Source: Lama guanicoe (lineage: Eukaryota). From it: 64,000 bases of DNA. Shown one piece after another: positions 23,603 to 37,069 of this stretch. The translations under genes were made by a program, and so were the position numbers. Every line of letters starts with the position of its first letter. Within the stretch, counting starts at the first letter, position 1. The stretch spans positions 3,039,854-3,103,853 of the forward strand of contig MU053758.1 of assembly GCA_013239625.1 (NCBI GenBank), given 5' to 3'. The notes beneath the pieces were generated by a model. That model saw only the letters and a list, made by a program, of their open reading frames with translations. It was not told the DNA's origin and did not search any database.

Positions 23603-24145
23603 AGTGGTAGACAGAATTCTGAAGATGCCCCCATTGCAGGATCCCATCCCCTGGTCGCTCAATCATATATGAATCTAGGTACTCTATGAAGGAATTTTGC
23701 AGATATAAATTCCCAAGTCAGTTAGCCTTAAAATATGGAGATTCATTAGGTGGGCCTGACCTAATCAGATGAGCCCTTTATAAGAAGAGTGTTTCCTCCT
23801 ATCTGGTAGCAGAATAGGAATTTAGAGAGATTCAAAGCACGGGAAAGATTTCTCTCGAGAGCAACTCTCAGCTGACAGCCAGCAGGAAAATGGGAACCTC
23901 AGTCCTACAACCACATGGAACTGAATCCTGCCAACAAACTGAATGAGTCTGGGAGTGGATTCTTCCCCAGAACCTCCTCATAAGAGCCCAGTCCAACTGA
24001 CGCCTTGATTTTGGCCTTGTGGGAGCAGAGAACCCAGTCAAGCCCACCCAGACTTCTGGCCGTGGAGCTGTGCATTAATGAACGGGTGTTTTAGCCACTC
24101 AGCCTGTGTCGTCATTCATTATGCAGCAACAGAAGACAAATACAG
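23603..24145 (+). mobile_element. MLT1-type (MaLR) solo LTR
   Basis: gtggtagacagaattctgaagatgcccc...aggtgggcctgacctaatc...gaactgaatcctgccaaca...ttatgcagcaacagaagacaaataca. Confidence 0.8.
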
Positions 24146-24667
24146 GTGAATACAAGTCTAAATAATCTAAAGCCAAAAGTCAAGCTTACAAACTGTTCAT
24201 CAAATATGGTCTAGTCAACTATCTTGGCATCTATAGCTTCCTAATGACCTTGAAGGCCAAGGTCAAATTCATAATTCTCTGATGACTTAGAATTCTGTGC
24301 CAGCAGGTAGCTGCTCCCGGGTCCCAGTCCGTGGGCTGTGGTCTGACCCTCTCTTCTCTTCCCATTCCTGGCTCTGGCCGGCACCAGAAGGGATGGAAAG
24401 CCCAAGCCAGATAAGCTAAATTCCATTCACTCCCCTGCAAACAGCTGTCCCTTTCCTGCGCCGCAGGGCCCAGGATAGCTTGCCTTTGGAAAAAGAAACC
24501 TGGAGAAGTCTCAGGGCTGTTGAGGCAGGGAATGCAATAGCCCTTGGTGTGCCAAGTGAGGTCTAGAACGGAAGCCACGGTTCTGGTTGGACCTTCTGAC
24601 TCCTCCTTCCATGGGGGTGGCCAGAGCGCAGCTGGGGACCGGGGGCAAGGGCCTTGCTTTTCTCCTT

Positions 24668-25160
24668 CTTAATGTGTTAAATTGCATATAAAGCTTACCA
24701 TTAGTGACATTTGATATATTCACAATGTTGTGCAACTCCCCCTCTATCTAGTTCCAGAATATTTTCATCACCCCAGGAGGAAACTTCCATACCCATTAAG
24801 CAGTCCCTCCCTATTCCTCCCTCTCCCAGGTCCTGGCAACTCTAATCTATGCTCTGTCTCTTTGGATTTACCTATTCTGTTGAAATGTTTTTGTTTTTTA
24901 ATGGAGGTACTGGGGATTGAACCTGGGACCTTCTGCATGCTAAGCATGCACTCTGCCACTGAGCTATACCCACTCCTGCCCCGGATTTACCTATTTTGGA
25001 TATCTGATATCAATGGAATCATTCAATATGTGGCCTTTTGTGATGGGCTTCTTTCAATTAGCATAATGATTTCAAGGTTCATCCACATTGTAGCATGAAT
25101 CGGTCCTTCATGCCTTTCCACGGCCAAATAATATTCCATTGCATGCATGCATACACCACG
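24668..25160 (-). mobile_element. Old L1 3' end with nested camelid SINE (~24885-24978)
   Basis: tcacaatgttgtgcaac...gttccagaatattttcatcacccc...aggttcatccacattgtagcatg; SINE flanked by TSD ggatttacctatt. Confidence 0.85.
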
Positions 25161-26984
25161 TGGACAGGGGCTGCTCTTGCCAGGATTTAAGATGGTATTG
25201 GGTGGAGCGTAGGGGGAAGTCATCTGGTAGTTCTGCCTCTTCGTTCTCTTTCCTTTTGTGACTCTTGGAGTCTGTCTCTCTAGAACATGCTGCTGGGGCC
25301 TGGGGACCCAGGGAGACGGCCAGTCTCACCGCCTCCCCTAGTCTTTGCAACCTGACCCTGAAATCCTGCCCCACAGTGGTGACAGCATCCGACGCAGCTG
25401 CTGTGGACCTATCCTGGGAGGACGCTCCTGTTTCAGGGGTTTTTAGCTTGTCTCTGGTCAGGGTGCCCCAGCTGAATCTGGTAAAATCCGGAGTCTTTCT
25501 CTGGTGACAGTTCTGAGGTCACACAGGGTGGGGAGGCTGCTAGTGGGGGAAGGGGTGTGCGGCCTCAGGAGCTGGGATTGCTCAACTGCTGGGCCTGGAA
25601 GGCAGTGGGCGTCCAGCCTGGCACTGGGCGAAGTCGGCCCCGCGCCCAAAGAGATGCTTAGATCTTCACTCGCCTGGCCTGTTTTCCAGAGAAATTTAAT
25701 TCCACGTTGTTTGTTCTCTGCCCCGCAGATGCCTCAGCTGAGGAAACCACGGGAATCTCATTTGAAAAAGAATTTGGCCCCTGGAGACCCCTCCCCATTT
25801 GCTGGTGGGAGGGGGGCTAAGACTTTGGTTGCCACCACACCGGCAAACCCCAAACCGCAGGAATGCAGTGGGGTCACCTGGGGACAGAGGGATGTGGCTG
25901 GACAGTGAGTGGGCAGAGAGCCAGAGGGCCTGTGTCACATGGGGGTCTGCTCTGGTTTGTGACAGGAGTTCTGGACTTGGAGCGACCAGACTTCAGTGTG
26001 GATCCAGGCCACTCTGGTCTGGGATCTTGGGTGGTCACGTCAGTGGCTAACCACACTCACCTGGCCACTCGGGGCCTCCGCCAGACCCAGGCAAGGATGG
26101 AAGCCATACATGGGATGGGGGGAGAGGCAGGGAGGGAAGGAGGTGGGCTGGACTCAGGCTCTGTGGGCTGAGCTGGGGAGGCAACTGGCACCCACTGGCA
26201 CCTCCTAGTATCAGGGGAAGGGAACTGCATTGATTACAGCATCCATCAGGGGTCAAGCAGCGAGGCAGACACTTTACATAATTCATCGCATTTCTTTTTA
26301 CAGCAGCCTGATGATGTGACTTCCATGATTGTCTTTTACAGACAGAAACAGATGAGGAAACAGACAAGGAAATGCAGAAAAGAAGAGACTCACCTAGGGT
26401 AACAGGTACTGAGGGCTGAGGCTAGGCAGAGGGCAGCTGTCCCCGAGCGAATGCTGTGTTCTTTCCACACCATGTTGCTGGTCCAAGACTTGTTTCTTGG
26501 ATGGGAATAACAGTAAAAATCGTAATATTTTTGAACTGGAAGGGACCTGGTACAATTTGCCATTTTACAGATGGGGACACGGAGGCCCAGGGAGGGGAAG
26601 CGGCTTGTCCAGTCACCCACCAGATGGCAGATCTGTCCCCCGATGCTCACTAGCCATTTGGCCCTCATGGCTAGAGCCCAGGGTCTCTAAATCTACGGCT
26701 GTCTGTAGTGCCATAGGACAGAAACTCCTCGCTCCTCCCAGGTTCAAATCCTATCCTGCCTCTGGTCCTGAGAGAGTGAGGATGGCTGGGTGCATGTTGT
26801 CCCCCCGACCATAACAACTCTGGTCCTGCTGACAGGGTTCAGCGCCGTGCTGGGAGCCCTATGCTGTCTTGTCTTAACAAGTATGTGTCACCTGTGTTGA
26901 TGTGAGGGCGTAAAAGAGTCCAACTTCTCAGCTCAGCTCATCCACTGTCCAGCAGTGTCACCTGAGCCTGGTCACTTCATTGGA

Positions 26985-27920
26985 TGGCCAATATTTATGG
27001 AGGGTTTTCTGGGAGCAGCCTAGGGTGCTGGGTGCTGGGGGAACAAAGATGAAATCATGCCCTGCCCTCCAGCTGCTCACGGGAGAGGCAGATCTGCAGC
27101 TAAAAAATGACTATTTCATTATTTCATGACGTCCTTGCTCTGAAGGGGGACACGTAAGGTACAGTGGGAGTGTGGGGAAAATCACGGTGGGCTTTCCGGA
27201 GGAGGCGGGGTTGAGCTGAGATGGAAAGGATTATTTGCCAGATGGATAAAGCGGCGGATGCTGAGTTTAGAGAGTGGGTTTAGCAAGCGCAAAGGAATGA
27301 ATGTGTGTAAAGGGAATTAGGAATGATGTAGAACAGCTGGAGCATAGGAGGTGGGATGGTAGTCATGGTAGCGTGGGATGTTAGGTTGGCTGGGAGGTGC
27401 TGCCAGATGTGAAAGCCTTTATACCATGCAGAGGTGTTTGACTTCACCCTCAGGACAGTGGGGGAGGCATCTAGGATTTCAATCATGGAACCCACCCAAC
27501 CAGATCTGTGTCCTGGAAGGTTCATGTGGGCTGCACCAGGAATGGCCTGATGGGCGTGGGAAGGGCAGCTGGGCCCAATGTGGCGACCTGGGTGAAAGGA
27601 GTCAGGTGCCCTCAGGCCAGGAGTGATGGAGAGGACCAAGGGGTGACGGGACTGAGGGGTTGTGGTGAGAGGGGTTTGGTTTCTGGCTTGGGTGACTGGG
27701 TAATTGGAATTCCATCCATCCCAGGAAGGAAACTGGAGGTGCAGGTTTGATGGTGTGGACGGGGATTCACATGAATCAAGTTTAGGTCCTGATGATTTGA
27801 GGTGCTCATGGTGCATCCAAAGGGAGAGATCCGGGTGATGGCTGGTGGATATAAAGGAGTCAGAGGCCAGAGAAGAAGTTAAAACTGGAGTTAGAGACTT
27901 CGAGGTCATCACTGTAAATG
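26985..27920 (+). mobile_element. Degenerate L2 fragments
   Basis: Purine-rich L2-like motifs (caatatttatggag...gtgctgggggaacaaagatgaa; gacttcaccctcaggacagtggggaggca; ggtttctggcttgggtgactgg). Confidence 0.55.
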
Positions 27921-28996
27921 AAATGCAGATGAGTTAAAGGACCACAGAAGGCTCTGGAACAGTACAGGTTGATCTTGGCAGAAACGGTCGGTGCCCTGTC
28001 CGTCTGCCCTTGGCACTGCGACCCTGCAACTCTTCCAGACGGCTTTCTCTGCAGCAGAAGTGGGCCTGGCCTGTACAAGGGACAGGCCAGCAGTGTCCCC
28101 AGGAGCAGCCTCAGCCAGTGACAGATGAGAACTGGACGATGGCAGCCACAGCTCCTCCCCTTAGGCAGGTGTGGTCCTTGTGCTCTCCCCGAGGACCCTG
28201 GCGGGAAGGAGCTGGGCTGCCCAGAGGTGCTGCCGGTCCCCTTCTAATGGCTTCCTCTCCGTCTCTGTGTCACTTTTCCATTTTCCTACCAGTGCTTCCG
28301 GGGATCACCTCTGCCAAGTAAGTGACTGGCACGTGTATTCCTGTCTCAGGGTCTGCGCTGGAGGAACCAACCCAACATACTAGTTTACTCCTTTGGGATG
28401 AAAAGTCTGCCTTGACCTCTTCTCGCATGTCTTGACTCCCATCTGGCATGGGAGTGGCTTGCCGGTGCTTTTACCTTTGTGTCTGCAGCATCAGGACCGC
28501 AGGTCAAGGGGTTACCTGGTAAGCTGCTGTTGAATGCATGGATGAATAACCCCATCAGTGGCTTCTCATTGCCTTTACGGTCAAGGCCAACTCTTCAACA
28601 AGCCTCACAAGGCCCTTTCCTACCTCTCCATCCTCATGTCACGCCATCCTCCCCTCTGCTCTCCGAACCGCAGGACTCTGCTCTCCTTCCCTTCACTTTT
28701 CCCTGCTTCTTCCTCCCAGATGGCCCGCGTGTTTCTTTCCTCTGCCTGTCTCTGCTTTAACAGACCCTGGGCCTCTCAAGACAGGCCTATTTAACAGCTC
28801 CTCCCCTCCCCCCTCCTCTCCCCTTCCTCCTCCTTCTCCTCCTCTTCTCCTCAGGGAAGACTTCCCTCACCGACCCTCTCCAGCTCAGACCAGATGGGGT
28901 TGTACTGGTCTGTTCTCCATAGCTCTCTGTCCCTGCATGCTCCCTATCTCAGACTTTAGTTATGGGCTTATGGAATTATTTAAATAACATCTATTT

Positions 28997-29232
28997 CAGA
29001 CTGGCATTTCTCAAAAACTTTTTTGATTGCAACCCACAGTAAGAAATCCATTATATTCACATAATCCGTATACAACTGAAACTGTGCTTTTCCTGACTGT
29101 GTGGGCTATAGGGATATTTTCCCTTCTATCCTATCCCATTGCAGCCCATTCCACTGCGTGCCGTATTTCATTTTAAAAATGCTGGGTGTGACTCATTAAA
29201 GGGACTGCAAGATTGCAGTTTGAAAACGAGTC
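28997..29232 (+). mobile_element. Charlie4-like hAT MITE remnant
   Basis: tttctcaaaaacttttttgattgcaacccacagtaagaaat...gcagtttgaaaa. Confidence 0.55.
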
Positions 29233-32200
29233 TGGACACTAAGCAAGACGCCTGTCAATTCAAGAGAATAGGGGTCGGATCTACTTTATTAACTCATCAC
29301 TGGATCCCCAGGGCCTGGCACAGGGAAGGATACTCCATCAATATTTGTTAGATGACCTATGATAACGTACAGAATACACGAATAAATACGAATAAGTGAA
29401 TGAATTGCCTACCCCACCCAGACAGGAAAGTGCGGCTTTGATGAGATTCTTCAGTTACTGAAAAAACCAGCCCACTTCCTGTGGCTTTGATCTACAGCTT
29501 CATTCTAAACTGCCCTACCTCAAGCCAACAGCTCCCCACAGCTCATTTCCTGCTTTTTGGCCACCTTATCTCCCTCTCCAAATATTCTTCAGCTTTCTCT
29601 TTCAGAGTGAGTATGCATGCCTCCTCCACCTCCGGGATCTCCTCACACCTCTGGCACAGGGTGGGGCTAACTTCTGGGTCAAGGACTTTCCATATCTCAG
29701 CCCCTTGGAGTGCAGAATATTTCTAGGTCAGGTGTGTCCCTCAGCTGGGGCTGGGCAGTGGTCTACATCCTGCTGGTGGACTTTGGGGCAGAAGGCGGAT
29801 AGACTTTGATGAAATAATCATGCAAATATATAATTACAAACTGTGAAAGACGCTATGAAGGAAAAGTTGAGGTTGCCTTGAGACTGGGTACCATGCCTCT
29901 GACAGATCAGGGAGGGCTTTCCCAAGAAGGAGACAGTTATTGTGACACCCTAAGACAACAGGAATTAGGCAGGCAAAGAGGGTGAAGGCAGAGAGAAAGA
30001 TTTGGCTGGTGGTGAAACTGTAAGTGCAAAGGTCCTGAGGTAGGAGCAATAGCACTTCACTTGAAGAGCCAAAGAAAAATCAGTGCAGCTGGTACACAAA
30101 GAATGTGGCTTACAGTGACAAGGCTGGAGATGTAGCCAAGGGCCAGCCTTTGCAGACCAGGTTAGAGAATTTAAATTTATCCCAAGAACAGTAGGGAGCA
30201 ACGGTGTTTGAAGAAGCCAAATGACGCTGTTTTGAAAGATCTATTGGCTGTAGTATGGCTGAAGGATGGGCGTGGGGGTCAAGGGAGGACACTGGAAGAC
30301 TAGCTCCGAGGCTGTGACAGGTCTGAGAGGGTGCAGCTTTAGGGTGGTGGACGTGCTGGCATGTGACCAACCTGAAGAAATACTATACCTAGTAGGTCAT
30401 TGGTTCACTTAATGCTGTCAGACACCTGCCATGAGTCCGCTCTGTGCAAAAGTGTCCTGGGGAGCCGGAGCCATGCTGGGTTCTGCCTTTAGACAGATTG
30501 CTGTCTGCCTGGGAGGACAGGCTGGAGGGAGACCAGCCAGGGTGGGGTGCGAAGTGCTCTGGGAGGGTCAGAGGGCACGTGTCCAGGGCACATGTGCGGA
30601 GGGAAGGTGGGCGTCTGCAGTGGGTGCTCTCCTGCAAATCTTGTTTGGCAGAAAGAAATCAGGGCTCTGGGAGAGGAATTCATTAAGGTCTCCTCCTGAC
30701 CCCACCAGCATTTATAGGACTCGTGGCCCCAGGAGTATTCCCTGTGTTCCCTGGGGGTCTCTGTCCCCTCCAGAGGCCCTTTTCTGGGAGCAGTGGCACC
30801 TGAGGGTGTGCAGAGGCCCCGGGGGTCTCCCAGGTACCGGGGCGGCTGAGCCCACTAGGCCAGGTGAGGGCTTCCCACTGTCCTCTTCCTGCCTCTGAGT
30901 CACTTTCTTTGGAAGCCTGGTCCTTGGTGACCCTGCTTACTCACGGTCTCCACCCTCCACATTCAGCCTCACCCTTCCCTGGGGGAGGGAGACGTGGAGG
31001 AGCCCTGAGGTATCTCAGTGAGCAAGCCTGACCCCCCACCCCCACAAGTAAGGCCTGGGTCTCCCCCTTGGAGTGGGAGCTCCCTGAGAGCAGGGCTGTT
31101 TCTTTGTTGTGAAACTGGGGCAAGGCCTGGAGGACCGTTCCCTCCCAGTGGCCTTGTTACCCGCTAATTCTCCACCCACCCCAGGCTCCCCAGGAGGCTC
31201 TGAGGGACCCTCCTGATGTACGGGGTGGTGGTTGGGGGTGTGGGGCTGCAGCCCTCCTGGTACCGAGGACTGTCTGTGATTCTAGCAGGACTCGACCCTG
31301 GGTTGGGGTGGGGAGGGTGTTCGGAGGGTTCGCAGGCTTCCAGGTGCTCCTCCACTCCACCCATTTCATCCATAAAGCCCCGGGGCCCACTCCCTGCCAT
31401 GGCTGGAGTTGAGGTGTGGATTTATGGGGCTGCTGGGGACACATGGAGTTCAGGCCTCCCGTCTGCCTGGGGTGCACTGCCTCCCTCACCTCCAGCTCCC
31501 TCCCCTGCCTCCTGCCCGGCCTCACAAGCCTGTCAACCCAGACCTGCACACGTTGAAGAAGAACGTCCTCCTGGAAGATCGAAGGGAGAAGGGACCCTGC
31601 TGACCAGAACCGGGGGCTCTGTGGCAGCCCCACCCTTGACCCTCAGGACTGATGGCCCAAGGTCATCCAATCCAGCCCCCTGCCTTCCTTTAGGGAAGGA
31701 TTCCCCAACGCGGATCTGTGAGCTGAGCAGCCTCCAGTCCTTACTCTGGTCTTACTACCTCCGGGTGTTCATCCAAACCCCTCAGATCACGAGGAGGGGC
31801 ACTTGGGGGGCAATAAGACACCTGCTTCCCCCGCCCGCTTTATCTCAGCACTCTTGGCCTTTGGATGAAGTATCAGAGAACCAGAGCTGGAGGCCTTAAA
31901 GAAGGCAGTGGGGCTTCACAGCTGTGCAGAGGTGACAAAGAGGAGAAAAAAGGCAGTTCATTGCCAACAAGGGTTCAGTGGAAACTTCTACATTCAAAAT
32001 GGAGTCTGGAGACAGATCTTTCATAGGCTCCAATGTGCAAGTGAAGGAAAAAGACCAGGTGGGGCCTAGGGATGCACAGGGGACCGCGGGCAGGTCAGAG
32101 GGCATGGGGGCAGCTATGTTTTGAGGACTTCAGAACTATTCTGTACAAATTCCCTTGTAGAAAGACTGAGAAAAATAAAAAAAAACAACTCTTGGTAGTC

Positions 32201-32322
32201 ACATCTGAATCGGGCAGGGTAGAACCACCGGGGGTAAAAGAGAGGAGGCGCTGAAGATTTAGATACTGAACAGCAGGGAGGCCGGTGGCCAGGAGAGGTA
32301 GCCTCACAGAGAAGCCGTATTT

Positions 32323-32463
32323 TCAATACTTCTGGGGTCAATTGTAGCGGAACCCGGGAGCAGTCAAGATGAGAAAACTCCCCTGGCCCATCCCGTCCCC
32401 GACTGAGGGACCTCCAGAATGAAGAGGGAGAACCAGATTCCAACACACACAACAGAAAAGGCT
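32323..32463 (+). repeat. 141-bp dispersed direct repeat, copy A
   Basis: Aligns without gaps to 34299-34439; 10 mismatches by manual count. Confidence 0.95.
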
Positions 32464-34298
32464 TACAAACAGACCTCGTAGAAGGTATTCCAAAGAAAGA
32501 AGGTAGGATGGCAGACCCTCTCTTCACCCAGAAGCTGGCCAGTAAGTGTAGACGAATAAAACAGATGAGTCAAAGGCGATCCAGTTGAAGGGGGCTGGGT
32601 GTTGAGGAAAAGGGTGAGCACCCCAACCACGGCGGCCCCTCCGTCCTCCTGCACTGTCCCCCTCCCCCCCTCGGGGGTTCTAGACCATGTGAAAGAGTTC
32701 CTCCTCGTCCTGGGAAGTGCAGGGAGGCCGCCCTGGGTGTTGGTTTGGGGCAGAGCAGGAAGAGGTCCCCGATGGCCCCCTGCCCAGAGCTCCTACCCTC
32801 ATGCTATCATCAGTCACGTCCCCTCCATTCACCGACCGAGGAGCGAGCCAGGAGCACAAGCTCCCTGGGTCCCCCGAAAGGAGCTCATATCCAGAGTCAC
32901 TTGATAAAAAGAGGTGGTGGTCAGAGGCCATCGGAGGCCCCATTTTTGTGTGGGTGGGGGGACATGGGAGTGGGACATAGGCCTGTCTACCCCTCCCCAG
33001 TGGCCGAGGTGTGGTAGGAGTAGGAAGGTCTGGATGTAAGGCTGGGGGTGAAACTTTTTTGGGCCTCACTTTTCTCACTTGTAAAATGGGGCGAAGCTCT
33101 CTGCCATACCCGGCTCGTGTTGTTGAAGACAGAACCGTCATGTTCTGTTCCAAGATGCCCGTGAGTGACTTATGTCTGGCCCCCAGGAGCCCCCTTGTCC
33201 ACTCTGACCCTCAGCCAGAGTCCCCTTGCGTCTTCCTCAGTGTCGGTGGGAGGCGTGGACTCACAGTCCTCCCTGAACCTCCCTGGGATGAGTGGCTCCA
33301 CTGGGAATTTCCCCCCCACCCTGTGAGCTGTGGGCAGTGGACCGTGGCTGAGCGGAACTCCCTGTGGTCACCTCACTGACTCCCAGATGCACACAGACCC
33401 AAACACATACGTATCCTGGGGTATTGAGGACAAATTTGCCACTCCCTGGAGAGTGCTTTCCACAAAGCGTTCCCTCAAAGCCATGAGTCACCCGACTCCT
33501 TCCCTCTGGGCACCCTGCTAATTGATATTTGTCCTTTTCGTGACCATATCTCCCCAGGCACAGAAGCCAGAAGTCGTGGGTTCAAGTCCCCATTCTCCTG
33601 CTAATCCATGGCATGCTGTTGGTCACGTGTTACTTGCTGAACTCAGCCTTTTCATCTATAGAATGGGGACAACAGCATCGACCTTATAAAGTGGTTGGGA
33701 GGCTTCAGTGAGATAATATACATATGACAGGATGGAAGGTATTAGTGCCTGAGTGTTATTCCTGGGCCTCGCCTGCTCCCTGCCCATTGGAGAAAATTCT
33801 GGCTTGACTTACTCAGTTTCTTTGCCTCCCTCGGCCTCTAAGGAGGGTGCTGATTTGTCAGAATAATCCTTAGGCAGATGTGCTATAGAGTGGGGAGGAA
33901 AGAGAGATGAAGAAGGAGCAGGGGCAAGACTAGGGGAGGAGGGAGGTTTGAGAGCAGTTGCAGCGTGTTAGGGAGGAGAGCAGGTGGGAGCAAGAAGACT
34001 GACAGAGCATCACTGTGACCCACGGATCCCTTTTGTTAGGGTCAAGGAATGCAAGCAAACAAACCGAGTGGCTTTGAAATGATTGGTTTTTGGTTACCAC
34101 TTCGGATGATAACACAGCTTTGAGACTGGACCACTTGGGTGATGACCACATAAGTGATACAGGTGTCACACGTTTGGCACCCAGTAGAGACACAGGAGGC
34201 ACCACGACTGGGGCTGTATCTGCTCAGTTTTGGATGATGCACATGCGCTGTCCTGCACACTGGATTGGGTGTTTCTGGAGTATGAGTGTGACCACATG

Positions 34299-34439
34299 TC
34301 AATACTTCTGGGGTCAAATGTAGTGAAACCCAGGAGCAGTCAAGATGAGAAACCTCCCCTGGCCCATCCCATCCCTGACTGAGGGACCTCCAGAATGAAG
34401 AAGAAGAACCCGATTCCAACACACACAACAGAAAAGGCT
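34299..34439 (+). repeat. 141-bp dispersed direct repeat, copy B
   Basis: About 93% identical to 32323-32463, offset 1976 bp. Confidence 0.95.
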
Positions 34440-36440
34440 GGGACTAGACTTTGTCTCCCTCCCTCTCCCACTAAGACTAGGGGTTCCTTGAGGACAGTGA
34501 CTTTGCATTCTTGATGACACCAGTGACCCCCCAATATGGGTGGTCTGCATGAACCGGGTCCTGCACACAGATTGTGTCATATCTCTGTTTTGCTTAATTA
34601 ATGGCCTGATCCCTCCTGTGTAAGAGATGAAGGCAGACAGAGGAAGAGGGGAGAGGTTGGGGTCCAAAATGCTTCCTTCTGCCATGTGCTGTCCAAGATG
34701 GCAAAGAGAATAACAGAAAAAGCATCTGCCCAGCCCAGCCCCAGAGCTAAATGTGTCATTCTTGAGGATAAAAAATCCTAACCCCACCCAGTTGGGTTCC
34801 CATAAATCCAGGTGAGCTCTGTCTGGTCCTCCTGACTCTGTCTCATGGGGTGGGGAGAGGGCCGAGCCAAACCAAAGTTCTGTCTCCCAGAGCTGAATGT
34901 GTTTACTTGTGTTCGGCAAAGTGGCAGGACTGGGGGCGGAGGTCATTATGACAACAGCTCAGAAACTCCCGCAGGAAAGGAACAAGGTGTTTGCGTTGTG
35001 GGCAAGTTAGAATCTGTCTGCCTGGGTCACAGCTTGGGTTTTGTATCTCAGACTGGCAGTCATTTCGGGTTCTCCACCATTCAGTTTAGTGTGTTGCAAT
35101 TCAACCTGATTCTAGCATTTACCGAGTGTCTACTGTGTGCCAGCTACTGTAGTGGGTGCAGTGGGTGGGAAGCTTAGGAAACAAGATCAGGATGCTGCCT
35201 TTGGGGGAATCCTCCGCCAGAGGGAGAGATGTGCCCACAGCTCTCTCTGATGCGGAGAGATAAGAGCTACAATGGAGGTGTGAACATGTTCCAGGGCCGG
35301 GGGTGGCACAGAAGACAGAACAGTGGATCCTCTGGAGGGTGGGCAAAGCCTTTGTAAATGTGGGAATGTCTGATCTGAACCTTGAAGGCTGAGCAGGCAC
35401 TCAATGAGCTGGAGAAGGTGGGAGGTGGAAATAGCACACCAAAGTGGAGCGTGTTGGGAAGTTCAGTATGAAGACTAATAACCAGCATTTACTGAGCACC
35501 TACTAATCACCAGGTCCCGTGCCAGGTGCTCTGCCTGTGTGCTGTTAACCCATGATCATTTAACCCTCTCAGTAATCTAAGGAGGTAGGTACTGATGAGG
35601 GAAGTAATGTTTGGAGAGAACCGATGGTTGAGCCAGGATCTGAATCAGGTTTGTCTGACTCCCAATTCCATGCTTTTTTTACTAGACCAGTGGTTTCTTG
35701 GCTATATTCTATGAAACTTTTAGGATTCTGAGGAGGTGCTTTAGGGACATGTGTGATTTTAGTTTCACAGTTAAAAAAATTAATCAACACACACTCAAAG
35801 GTGTTATGTAATTTTTAAAAAGTTTTCCTTTCATCTCTGTGCATCTTTTTGAATGTCTTGTAAATGTAACATTAATTAGAAAGACTTTCCACACTGCTCA
35901 GGTCTATCCTGTAAAATTGTAAAAATGTAAAAAAAAGGTAGAAGAGAACACAGTTCTGTGCCCACCCCCACCCCCCACCCTCCATTACAAGGCAGGTGGG
36001 ACTTCCAGTTACTGGTGGGTGACTGAATGCACCGGGCTTATCTCCTCTTGCTCCAGAAATGTCTTAGAAAGAAATCATAAATATAATTCTTTCCAAATAA
36101 AAGAGTTGAGGGAAGGGCATCTGTGAACAAGAGAAATCTCAACCCATTTCTGGAGGAGTCATGACTGAGGAACGAGGGCAGAGGAAGCTGCAGGCTGGAA
36201 TACACAAGGCAGTATCTGCAGGCAGGTGGGAGCTGACCTGCCCACAGAAGCCTGAAGAAGCTTGAGACTCGTATATGAGGGCGCAACGGAGGGTGAGAAG
36301 GGGAAATGTGGCTGAAAATGGGGGTCTAATTGGAAGTCTATAAATGAGACAATAGACTTCTCTGACCCTCATATGCAGAGTACTCAGCTCTGCCCCATCC
36401 CTCCCCTCCCCGTATCTCCTCCCCACTAAAACGGAGGGTC

Positions 36441-37052
36441 TTTTTTTTTTTTTAATTGAAGTATAGTCAGTTACAATGTGTCAGTTTCTGGTATATAGCA
36501 TAACGTCCCAGTCATGTATATATATACATATATTGATTTTCATATTCTTTTTCATTAAAGGTTATTACGTGATATTGAATATAGTTCCTTGTGCTATACA
36601 GAAAAAATTTGTTTTTTAAATCTATTTTTATACATAGTGGTTAACATTTGCAAATCTTAAACTCCCAGATTTGCCCCTTCCCACCCTCTTTCCCTGGTAA
36701 CCATAAGATTGTTTACTATGTCTAATGAGTCTGTTTTTTGGTAGGTGAGTTCATTAGTGTCCTCTTTTTTCTTTCTTTATTTTTTTCAGATTCCACATAT
36801 GAGTGATATCATATGGTATTTTTCCTTCTCTTTCTGGCTTAACTTCACTTAAAATGACAATCCCCAGGTCCATCAATGTTGCTGCAAATGGCATAATTTC
36901 TTCTTTTTTATTGCTGAATAGTATTCCATTGTATAAATATACCACAATTTCTTTATCCAGTCATCTGTTGATAGACATTTAGGTTGTTTCCATGTCTTGA
37001 CTATTGTATATTGTGCTGCTATGAACATTGGGGTGCATGTATCTTTTAGAAT
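36441..37052 (-). mobile_element. 5'-truncated L1 (3'UTR plus ORF2 tail)
   Basis: Poly-T, ttgaagtatagtcagttacaatg...atccagtcatctgttgat...ggggtgcatg; TSD-like ggagggtct on both sides. Confidence 0.9.
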
Positions 37053-37069
37053 AAAGTGGAGGGTCTTTA

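Noticed and set aside
27280..27912. 210-aa minus-strand ORF
   Set aside because: Overlaps degenerate L2-like sequence; no recognisable domain
31216..31899. 227-aa plus-strand ORF as a novel gene
   Set aside because: Low-complexity Pro/Gly/Ser/Ala composition expected from GC-rich DNA; no recognisable domain or exon structure. BLASTP or PhyloCSF would be needed to rescue it.
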